Origin: Acidimicrobiia bacterium
GTDB taxonomy: Bacteria; Actinomycetota; Acidimicrobiia; Spongiisociales; ZC4RG35
Assembly: GCA_040878345.1 (NCBI GenBank)
Contig: JBBDML010000014.1
Location: 24,544-88,543, forward strand
Length of the DNA: 64,000 nucleotides
Direction of reading: 5' to 3'
This document shows positions 37,474 through 44,470 of this stretch, piece by piece. Positions within the stretch are counted from its first letter, which is position 1, and each line of letters starts with the position of its first letter. Made by a program: the position numbers and the translations under genes. The notes beneath the pieces were generated by a model. That model worked only from the letters and a program-made list of their open reading frames with translations, searched no databases and was not told the DNA's origin.

Positions 37474-38603
37474 ACCGAGGCTTCGACCTGTGAGCTCGCC
37501 AGTGCCTGCAGTGCCCCCAGCGCCGACAGTGTCGACTCTGCGCCCCGATTCAAGTTGGCGCCACTGGCCTCGAGACCATCGAAACCGGCGCCGGTGGCTG
37601 CCTCGTAGAGATCGACTCCCATGTCGTTGCGCCCCAGAAACCAATACGCCGCGTCCTGGAGGCCAAAGGACCAGTGGGCGGAGCCGTCCACCCGGCTGGC
37701 TGCGAGACATGCGTCGGCCATACCCCAAGCCTCGATGGGTTGTTGCCCGAAGGCAGGTGATGGATCGCCGGGTCCTCGTCCGCCGACCGGGGTGAAGCTG
37801 AACCATCCTTCGCTCCCCCGCTCGACACCGATCAGCCAATCGAGCAAGGCGAGCCCGTGTTCGATCATGGGTGCGTTGTCGAGCACCGCGCCCGCAGCGA
37901 GGAGAGCATGGGGGAGACGGGCGTTGTCGTAGGTCAATGATGCCTCAGGCCACGACCATCGCCTCCCCTTGGCTCGGGGCAGTCTTGGGCAGACCCGGTT
38001 GAGGAAAGCCTCCATCGCCCACTCGACCTCCACCGGGAATGTGTGTGAGCCGATAGCCCGTGCCACGCCCAACACCCCATAACAGTTCGGCATGAGATGC
38101 GTGGAGTTGAGATCGAGGCCGGCGAGGAACGCCGCCATTCCATCTTGGGTGATGGCGTCGGCGTCGATCATCGATCCCAAGCCCCAGAGAGCGCGACCGT
38201 GGGCATCGTCCGATCCTCGACGGTCCAGCCACTTCCCATGTCGAGACATGCGATTGTGCCAGCCAAGCGCGACCCGGCCATTCACCACGAAGTCCAGGTA
38301 GGGGCGAGACTCGCTCACCAGGTCGCTCGCCAGCCCGTTGGCCAGAACCACCAAGGCGCGGGCGTTGTCATCGGTGGTGTAGCCGTGCTCCAAACGCGGC
38401 CGGTCATGCTCGGCGTGCTCGAACAGCCCGTGTGGCCCCGTCAGCTTGCGGAGGTGGTCTCGACTGAGGTCGGGCACGAGCGGGGTGTCAAACGAGTGCG
38501 AAGGGTGGATGACAGGGCTCCTCTCTGGGGGTGACGGGCCCCATTGCTGGGGTGGGTGGGGTCCGGGTGAGTGGGACGGCGGTGTGGGCGACCTCGTAGT
38601 CAA
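37470..38603 (-). CDS. Conserved hypothetical protein, possibly an (alpha/alpha)-toroid glycoside-hydrolase-like fold
   Basis: Long ORF with good bias from about residue 40 onward (HGLFEHAEHDRPRLEHGYTTDDNARAL...). The 5' end is uncertain: the track start is TTG 38603, GTG 38477 is an alternative, and the ORF overlaps ORF 38488-38775. Confidence 0.55.
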   Translation of the reverse strand: MTTRSPTPPSHSPGPHPPQQWGPSPPERSPVIHPSHSFDTPLVPDLSRDHLRKLTGPHGLFEHAEHDRPRLEHGYTTDDNARALVVLANGLASDLVSESRPYLDFVVNGRVALGWHNRMSRHGKWLDRRGSDDAHGRALWGLGSMIDADAITQDGMAAFLAGLDLNSTHLMPNCYGVLGVARAIGSHTFPVEVEWAMEAFLNRVCPRLPRAKGRRWSWPEASLTYDNARLPHALLAAGAVLDNAPMIEHGLALLDWLIGVERGSEGWFSFTPVGGRGPGDPSPAFGQQPIEAWGMADACLAASRVDGSAHWSFGLQDAAYWFLGRNDMGVDLYEAATGAGFDGLEASGANLNRGAESTLSALGALQALASSQVEASV

Positions 38604-38775
38604 CCGGCTCGACCTCGGAGATGCTCGCCTCTTCGATCAGACCGAGGGCGACGCGTCCGGCGATGCCCATCGCAGCCTCTTGGCCGAGCTCAGAGATCAG
38701 ATGAGCCAACCCGTTTGCGAAACAGTGGACTGCGGAGTCGCTCGGGAGCGCTTCGGGCTCTGGCATGCCTGGCAT
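38488..38775 (-). CDS. Possible small ORF, or the displaced 5' part of the downstream gene
   Basis: 95-aa ORF. The first ~65 codons have high GC3 and protein-like sequence (SDSAVHCFANGLAHLISELGQEAAMGIAGRVALGLIEE). The Pro-rich tail overlaps the next ORF in another frame. Confidence 0.3.
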   Translation of the reverse strand: MPGMPEPEALPSDSAVHCFANGLAHLISELGQEAAMGIAGRVALGLIEEASISEVEPVDYEVAHTAVPLTRTPPTPAMGPVTPREEPCHPPFALV

Positions 38776-38869
38776 TACCCACTATTCCCCTTCCCAAACT
38801 TGCCCCGTTTGGCGATGACCGATGCCGGGTAGACGGCCAGAGGTAAGCGTTACCTGAAGGAGAAGAGAT

Positions 38870-39019
38870 ATGGGATGGGTCGGCATACTCTTGATCTTGG
38901 CCCTCCTCCTCGGAGGGGTTGGGCTGTTCGTAGAGGCCCTGCGCTGGGTCCTGATCATCGCCATCGTCATGTTCCTCGTCGCCGCCCTCACCGGGTGGTC
39001 CCGTAGGAACGTGTCGTGA
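38870..39019 (+). CDS. Small two-TM membrane protein (49 aa; below the ORF-track size cutoff)
   Basis: My own translation: MGWVGILLILALLLGGVGLFVEALRWVLIIAIVMFLVAALTGWSRRNVS. AAGGAGAAG lies 6-8 nt upstream of the ATG. GC3-rich, and followed by a strong terminator. Confidence 0.5.
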   Translation: MGWVGILLILALLLGGVGLFVEALRWVLIIAIVMFLVAALTGWSRRNVS

Positions 39020-39055
39020 TGCGTCAATCAGCCTCACGGAGGGTACAGAACACTC

Positions 39056-39088
39056 GGGAGGCGGAGGAGCGTGTCTCCTCCGCCTCCC
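39056..39088. terminator. Bidirectional terminator hairpin (14-bp perfect stem)
   Basis: GGGAGGCGGAGGAG-CGTGT-CTCCTCCGCCTCCC, between convergent genes. Confidence 0.75.
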
Positions 39089-39133
39089 GCTGTTCATCGT
39101 CGACCCACAGAATCTGTGAACTGGGCGGAGGTT

Positions 39134-39946
39134 TCATCCCGGTTCCTGAAACTCCAGATCCAGGAGACCACTGAGCCCGCTGATCTCGAACAACGGCCTG
39201 AGACGCTTCGGGAGCAGGATTCGAAGATGACCGCCATCCTCGGAGAGCCTGTTGTGTGCCGAAACCAGGAGGCTGAGACCCACCGAGTCGATGAAGGTGA
39301 CCCCGGTCAGATCGACGTCGAGCATCTCCACACCGGCGGCACGTCGCTCGATGATCAGGTTCTGCAACTCCCCCGCGGTGGACAAGTCGAGCTCACCGTG
39401 GAAGGCCATACGCCCCTCGGTGGCGCCATCGCCCTGGATCGATGGCCCCGGCTCTGGCTCAGGAAGCTCGTCACCGGCCTCCTCGGCGTACTGGCGCCAG
39501 GCCATCGGCGGCATTCCCTCTTCTATCTGACGGGTCAATTCCCCGAGGAACCACTCGCGGAACCGAACCACGTCCGGTGGGGTCACCACGCTCAGGAGAG
39601 CCTCGCCACTCCGGCAATAGTCGTCGACCTCCTCCATGACGTCGATGAGCTCCCGCGCCACCGACCCGATCCCCTGAGGGACCTTGACCACCAGGTCGAG
39701 GGTGGCCTGACCCCTGGCAGCCGCGGATTGCAGCTCACCGAGGATGACGTCGCCCGCTCCTGGGAACCTCAGGTCGAGGTCCTCGCTGAGCGCCTGGAGA
39801 CGGCTTGGCGCGGCACTGTCGGGGAGCGACGCCCGAATGATGTCGAGCTCGCGTTGCACCGCCTCTTGATGGGCGGTGGCCCGATGCCAGATCTCGATCG
39901 GGATCTCCAGGAACCGGACCTCGACCATGGTCTGGTCGGGGCTCAC
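39134..39946 (-). CDS. Two-domain protein: uncharacterised ~170-aa N-terminal domain plus a C-terminal STAS (anti-sigma antagonist) domain
   Basis: The C-terminus reads HGELDLSTAGELQ...LDVDLTGVTFIDSVGLSLL...LRPLFEISGL. I do not recognise the N-terminal domain. Confidence 0.78.
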   Translation of the reverse strand: MSPDQTMVEVRFLEIPIEIWHRATAHQEAVQRELDIIRASLPDSAAPSRLQALSEDLDLRFPGAGDVILGELQSAAARGQATLDLVVKVPQGIGSVARELIDVMEEVDDYCRSGEALLSVVTPPDVVRFREWFLGELTRQIEEGMPPMAWRQYAEEAGDELPEPEPGPSIQGDGATEGRMAFHGELDLSTAGELQNLIIERRAAGVEMLDVDLTGVTFIDSVGLSLLVSAHNRLSEDGGHLRILLPKRLRPLFEISGLSGLLDLEFQEPG

Positions 39947-40380
39947 CCGTTCTCCTGGTAGTCGATCTCGAACCAGACGGTTTTTCCGTCGTGGTCGGGC
40001 GTCACGCCCCAGCGGTCGGCGAGCGATTCGACAATCATCAGCCCGCGCCCGGTCGGTTGCGATGGGGCGTACTCACGGGTGATCGGGCCTGAGGTGCTGT
40101 GGTCGCTCACCGAGACCCTGGTCCGGGACCCATCCCGCCACACCTTGACCCGGAACGGTGTGCGAGCATGGAGGATTGCGTTGGTCGCCAGCTCGGAGAC
40201 CAGGGCCGAGAGCCTCTCGTCGACCTGGGTGTAACCGCTGCCGGCCGCGTTGAGGACGAAGCGGCGTGCCTCGGGCACCGATTCGGGTTGGGCCGGGAAT
40301 CCTCGCTCCAGCTCAGGGGAGTTGGTCTCCGCCGGTGGTGCGCCGAAGGACATGAATGCGAACATCGGGTGCTCACACAT
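39943..40380 (-). CDS. RsbW-type anti-sigma factor / serine protein kinase (HATPase_c_2)
   Basis: VSELATNAILHA, VSVSDHSTSGP, GRGLMIVESLADRWG. 4-nt overlap with the downstream STAS gene. Confidence 0.85.
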   Translation of the reverse strand: MCEHPMFAFMSFGAPPAETNSPELERGFPAQPESVPEARRFVLNAAGSGYTQVDERLSALVSELATNAILHARTPFRVKVWRDGSRTRVSVSDHSTSGPITREYAPSQPTGRGLMIVESLADRWGVTPDHDGKTVWFEIDYQENG

Positions 40381-40551
40381 GGTAGGCGACCGACCGATGT
40401 CTCCACCGCCAACCGGCAGCCAGGTACCTAGCCCAGAACCTCGTCTCTCGGCTGCTCGGCGCGTGATGCTCCAATAGCTGTGACAACCACCTTCCGCTCC
40501 TCAGGCGGGGAAGAGACCACCGCGGGCATGCCCAATGAATCGATCCGGGGC

Positions 40552-41004
40552 TCAGTTCTTAACCGTGATGTCGTGAAACAGCGTGTTGTCGGGAGACGCC
40601 GAGATGGCACCCACCATCTCTCCGACCTTGGCATCCTCGTAATGGGTGGCCAGGTCGGCCTGGCTGATGATCCCGACCAACCGGCCGGCCTCGAGGACCG
40701 GCAGCCTACGGACGGCTGCGTCCTTCATGGTCTGAACCACCTTCTCCACCGGGTCATCGGCCCTGCAGGTGATGATCTTGCCCTCCCCCAGGAGCTCACC
40801 GACGCTGGTCTCGAGGTCCCTGCCCGCAGCGATGATCCCCACGGCTAGGTCCCGGTCGGTGATCATCCCCTGGAGCCGGTCGTCCTGACATACCAGCACC
40901 CCACCGATCTGGTTGTCGGCGAGCAGTTGAGCCACCTTGCGCGCCGGCTCATCGAAGCCGACCACCAAGGGGCTCTCGGTCATGATGTCTCGTGCGATGG
41001 CCAT
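40552..41004 (-). CDS. CBS-domain pair protein
   Basis: The ATG at 41004 follows AAGGAGAAG (MAIARDIMTESPLVV...). Two CBS repeats (GGVLVCQDDRLQGMITDRD; RRLPVLEAGRLVGIISQAD). Confidence 0.85.
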   Translation of the reverse strand: MAIARDIMTESPLVVGFDEPARKVAQLLADNQIGGVLVCQDDRLQGMITDRDLAVGIIAAGRDLETSVGELLGEGKIITCRADDPVEKVVQTMKDAAVRRLPVLEAGRLVGIISQADLATHYEDAKVGEMVGAISASPDNTLFHDITVKN

Positions 41005-41136
41005 CTCTTCTCCTTCTGTCGTCTGGCGACCTACCCGCACCGGTCCGGCTCCAAACGCATGCGGGCCAGTGTGCGACGGCCTGCTCACATCCCCGCGGCG
41101 TGGGGCACCACCTGGCGAAGGCTCACCGACCACGCA

Positions 41137-41168
41137 GGGCTTGGGCCGCACGACCGCGGCCCAAGCCC
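41137..41168 (-). terminator. Terminator hairpin downstream of the nuclease gene (13-bp stem)
   Basis: GGGCTTGGGCCGC-ACGACC-GCGGCCCAAGCCC, immediately 3' of the stop at 41177. Confidence 0.65.
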
Positions 41169-41176
41169 TCATTGGC

Positions 41177-43690
41177 TCAGCTCTCGGGGCCCCCGAATGA
41201 GATCCCGATGATCACTGGGTCGTGATCCGAGACCCGGTATGGCAGTGGCTCGTAGAGGTCAACCTGTGCCAGTTTTTTGAAGCTCATGTCATAGTCGAGG
41301 ATGTCGGGCTCGTCGGCGTTGATGTGGAACACCGTCACACCCTTCACCCGATTGAGCATCGACCTGGTGGCAAGGGCGGTGTCCAGATAGCCGAGCTGAC
41401 CATCGAACACAAAGGTATAGGCGCCGGGCCCCACGAAGCGCTTCACCAGTTCGGTGAGACCTCCCGCCTCGAGCGTCTCGATCGGGTCCTCCATCGCATA
41501 GCTGTTCAGGTCGCCGATCACCAGGACACCACTCGAGTCCTCGGCCAACTCATCGACGAAGTCGAGGAGAGCCTCCGACTGAGCCACCCGGGTCAAGTTG
41601 CAGCTGGCCTGACCGTCGCCCAGGTCGGGGTCACCGGCACCACAAGACGAGCCTTTCGACTTGAAGTGGTTGACCACCACGGCGAACGGCTGGCGGCTGC
41701 CCCCGTTGACGATCTGGCGGAAGACCTGCGCCAGGGGCGGGCGACCCACCGGCTCGATGTTGTCATCGAGGACATGGTCGAACGCGTCGTCGGCGAGGGC
41801 CGTGGGAACTCCCACCGGCTCAACGGCCGAGATCCGGTAGATGATCTCGTTGCGCACCGGGTAGTCGTTGTAGTGGGCGGTCTCCCCCACCCAGGCCCAT
41901 ACCTCGGCTCCCTCCACCTCGTTGAGTTCCTCGACCAGGGTGAGGACTGGGTCGTGTCCCCTGGTCCCGTCGGCGACAACGTCGTGGATGTCGTTCTCGA
42001 TCTCCTGGATCCCGACGATGTCCGCATCCAGGGCGATGATCCCCACCACCAGCTTGTCGAGCTGCCGCTGGTACTCCTCGGCGGTGTCCGCCCCGCGGCA
42101 CTCCAGGTTCTGGGTGGGCCCGCAAATGTCATTGACGCCATCGTCCAGGTGGGTGAAGAAGTTCAACACGTTGAACGTGGCCACCCTGATGTCACCCTGA
42201 ATGGGATCCGGTGTGGTCGGCCGTGGGTTTTCCACGACGTAGCTCACCACTGGTTGGGCCTCAAGGTCCTCGAGCTCGTCATCGAGATGCACCGGTTGTA
42301 TCCGATAGAGACCGAAGGCGAAGTCCATGATCCCGGTGACGTCCTGGAGGACATCGCCACCCCGGAAGGTGTTGACAAGAGTGAACTCCTCGCCATTGGG
42401 GTGGATTGCAGGATCGGGGTTCGAGCTGCCCCGCCCATCATCGAGCGTGATCCGCGCCAACGTGTTGGCTACGGTCACCGCATTGGCCGGGTCACCCGGC
42501 TCGGCGGAATGGGTGCCCTGGTAATGGCGCCCGTCGGTGAGGACGATCTCGTTGAATCGGTCGAAGTTGAAGAACTCCGAGATGTAGAGGTCCTGGGGGA
42601 AGGTCACAAGCATTCCCTCATAGGGCTCGAAGTCGCTGAGGTCGCCCACCGGCAACGAGACCGAGGGCGCCACCACGGCTTCAGGAGCGGAACCGGTCAC
42701 GGCGACCTCGGTGACATCGGTGACCTGGGTCCTCCCGAAGGACTCGACCGCGGTACCGGTCACCCGGACCACATCGCCGACGCCCACCTCCGGAGCATCG
42801 GGATCGGAGACGAAGATTCCCTCGGAGGTCGACGGGCCAACCACCGGATCGGCGTTGTCATCCCAATCGGCCGGCTCCTCCTGCACGAAGAAGCCCCCGA
42901 GTTGGTCCCCGGCGAATGAGGGATCTCCCTGGAAATCGCCGACCACGACACCTTCGACGATCACCTTGACCCCGGGTAACGGGGTGGTGGCGCCATCGCC
43001 CTGGATCTGGTGGATGAACAAGGCGACGGGGGCGGCGTCAGAACAGTCGTTGGCCTCACCCGGGCTGTCGTTGGTCCCCAGGGTGAACCCTCCAACCTGC
43101 CAGTCCTGCGGGTCGCCACAGTCGTAGGCGTGGCCCGGGACAAACGCGCCGTCGGGCCCCACGGTCGGGGGGCCGTAATGGAACTCGGTCGTGGTGGGGG
43201 GATTGTCTTGAAGGATTAGGGCGATCCGGTCAACCGCGGCAGCCCACGGCTCGAGGTCGAGCGCGCCGTCGTCGTCGGTGTCGAGATCATTGCCGTTGGC
43301 CCCGGTGAACCCGGTGACGAGCATGTGGGTGAGATTGTCGGAGTTCTCGAAGTTGAGGGTGGCGGTCAGGTCGGCTGTGGCCAGGGTGAAGGTGCTCTCG
43401 GCAGCAACGAAGAGCCCATCCGCGGCGATCGAATGGCCGGTCAGGAGGACGACGGCCTCGATCACCCCGGATCCGCCCGTCCCATCACCGATGACCAGAT
43501 AGGTGTAGCCGTCGAGACTGGCACCGGCCGGCCCGCTCAGCTCGAAGTACTCGTCGTTGTCGGCGCCGCCCTGGTCGATCCTGATCTCATTGATGGTGAT
43601 CCCGTCACCGGCGGCGAGGGCGCTGGTCGGGACCAGTGCCAAGATCAATGACAGCACGAGCAGTGAGATGGAACTCCTCCGGGTCATCAC
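41177..43690 (-). CDS. Secreted ExeM/NucH-family extracellular nuclease (lamin-tail domain plus a C-terminal EEP nuclease domain)
   Basis: Signal peptide. LTD motif ITINEIRIDQGGADNDEYFELSG. The C-terminal EEP part reads IRVATFNVLNFF ... GIQEIEN ... VVNHFKSKG ... IGDLNSY ... VSDHDPV. Confidence 0.85.
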   Translation of the reverse strand: MMTRRSSISLLVLSLILALVPTSALAAGDGITINEIRIDQGGADNDEYFELSGPAGASLDGYTYLVIGDGTGGSGVIEAVVLLTGHSIAADGLFVAAESTFTLATADLTATLNFENSDNLTHMLVTGFTGANGNDLDTDDDGALDLEPWAAAVDRIALILQDNPPTTTEFHYGPPTVGPDGAFVPGHAYDCGDPQDWQVGGFTLGTNDSPGEANDCSDAAPVALFIHQIQGDGATTPLPGVKVIVEGVVVGDFQGDPSFAGDQLGGFFVQEEPADWDDNADPVVGPSTSEGIFVSDPDAPEVGVGDVVRVTGTAVESFGRTQVTDVTEVAVTGSAPEAVVAPSVSLPVGDLSDFEPYEGMLVTFPQDLYISEFFNFDRFNEIVLTDGRHYQGTHSAEPGDPANAVTVANTLARITLDDGRGSSNPDPAIHPNGEEFTLVNTFRGGDVLQDVTGIMDFAFGLYRIQPVHLDDELEDLEAQPVVSYVVENPRPTTPDPIQGDIRVATFNVLNFFTHLDDGVNDICGPTQNLECRGADTAEEYQRQLDKLVVGIIALDADIVGIQEIENDIHDVVADGTRGHDPVLTLVEELNEVEGAEVWAWVGETAHYNDYPVRNEIIYRISAVEPVGVPTALADDAFDHVLDDNIEPVGRPPLAQVFRQIVNGGSRQPFAVVVNHFKSKGSSCGAGDPDLGDGQASCNLTRVAQSEALLDFVDELAEDSSGVLVIGDLNSYAMEDPIETLEAGGLTELVKRFVGPGAYTFVFDGQLGYLDTALATRSMLNRVKGVTVFHINADEPDILDYDMSFKKLAQVDLYEPLPYRVSDHDPVIIGISFGGPES

Positions 43691-43924
43691 CCTTCCTTTG
43701 TTTGCCTGACCTCAACCATAGGCCACCATCCACCTCGCCGCACACGGAAAGTGGGATCTGGTCTCATCCAGTGGTGACGATCGAAGGGTCCGACTGGGCC
43801 GGCTCGATCGGGCTCGTAACCACTGCTCCCCAGGTTTGGATTCCCCGCGTCTGGGTAATCGCGGTGACTGCGGCCACCCGGAGTGCGCCGTCGGGGTCGC
43901 CTGATAACGATCGAGGAGGACAAG

Positions 43925-44089
43925 ATGCCGGTCAAGCGTGGCAAGGACGGCAATGGCCCCTTTTACCAATGGGGCAGGAGCGGTAAGAAGTACCGTTACA
44001 CCTCGGGCGACCATTCCGGCCGGGAAGCGGCCAAGAAGAAGGCCGAGAAGCAAGGACAGGCGGCTTGGGCGTCCGGCTACAGAGGCTGA
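43925..44089 (+). CDS. Small basic hypothetical protein (54 aa)
   Basis: The ATG follows GAGGAGGA (MPVKRGKDGNGPFYQWGRSGKKYRYTSGDHSGREAAKKKAEKQGQAAWASGYRG). Terminator hairpin directly downstream. Confidence 0.5.
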   Translation: MPVKRGKDGNGPFYQWGRSGKKYRYTSGDHSGREAAKKKAEKQGQAAWASGYRG

Positions 44090-44099
44090 GTAACGGGCA

Positions 44100-44129
44100 C
44101 CTGATCCCGGTCCGAAGGGCGGGATCAGG
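44100..44129. terminator. Bidirectional terminator hairpin (10-bp stem)
   Basis: CCTGATCCCG-GTCCGAAGGG-CGGGATCAGG, between convergent genes. The restored STAS stop codon lies in the 3' arm. Confidence 0.6.
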
Positions 44130-44470
44130 CTGGGGACTCGATATCGAAGTGTCCGGTGAGACCGGTCAGTTCGAACAGGCGCGTCACCCGGGGGGTCATC
44201 CCGGTGAGGACCAGGGCCCGCCCGGCATCGGCGAGTCTCTGACTCGCCTGGACCAATTCGCCCAACGTCTTCGCCCAACGTCGTCGAGTCGAGAAAGCTC
44301 ACCAGGCTCAGGTCGATGACCACCCGAGGCTCGGCTCGGGATGCGGCGTCGTCCAAGGCGGCGCGAACCCGGGCGATGTTGCTCAGGTCGATCTCACCGG
44401 CGAGCTTGATCGTGACCTCGGAGTCCCGGCGCTCGACTTCGAGACCAAGACCGTCGGGAGAATGCGTCAT
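44125..44470 (-). pseudogene. STAS-domain anti-sigma antagonist disrupted by a 13-bp tandem duplication (frameshift)
   Basis: The N-terminus is a normal STAS domain up to FLDSTTLGE. Removing one copy of GACGTTGGGCGAA restores LVQASQRLADAGRALVLTGMTPRVTRLFELTGLTGHFDIESPA* and a 110-aa protein. As sequenced, the frame runs on to 43712 through non-protein-like sequence. Confidence 0.8.
44257..44282. repeat. Perfect 13-bp tandem duplication inside the STAS gene
   Basis: TTCGCCCAACGTC at 44257-44269 is repeated at 44270-44282. Confidence 0.95.

Noticed and set aside
43712-44470. A 252-aa ORF taken at face value as a long STAS-containing protein.
   Set aside because: After residue ~66 the sequence is Pro/Arg/Gly-rich nonsense running antisense through another gene and a terminator. 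The break coincides exactly with a 13-bp tandem duplication, and removing the duplication restores a normal 110-aa STAS protein.
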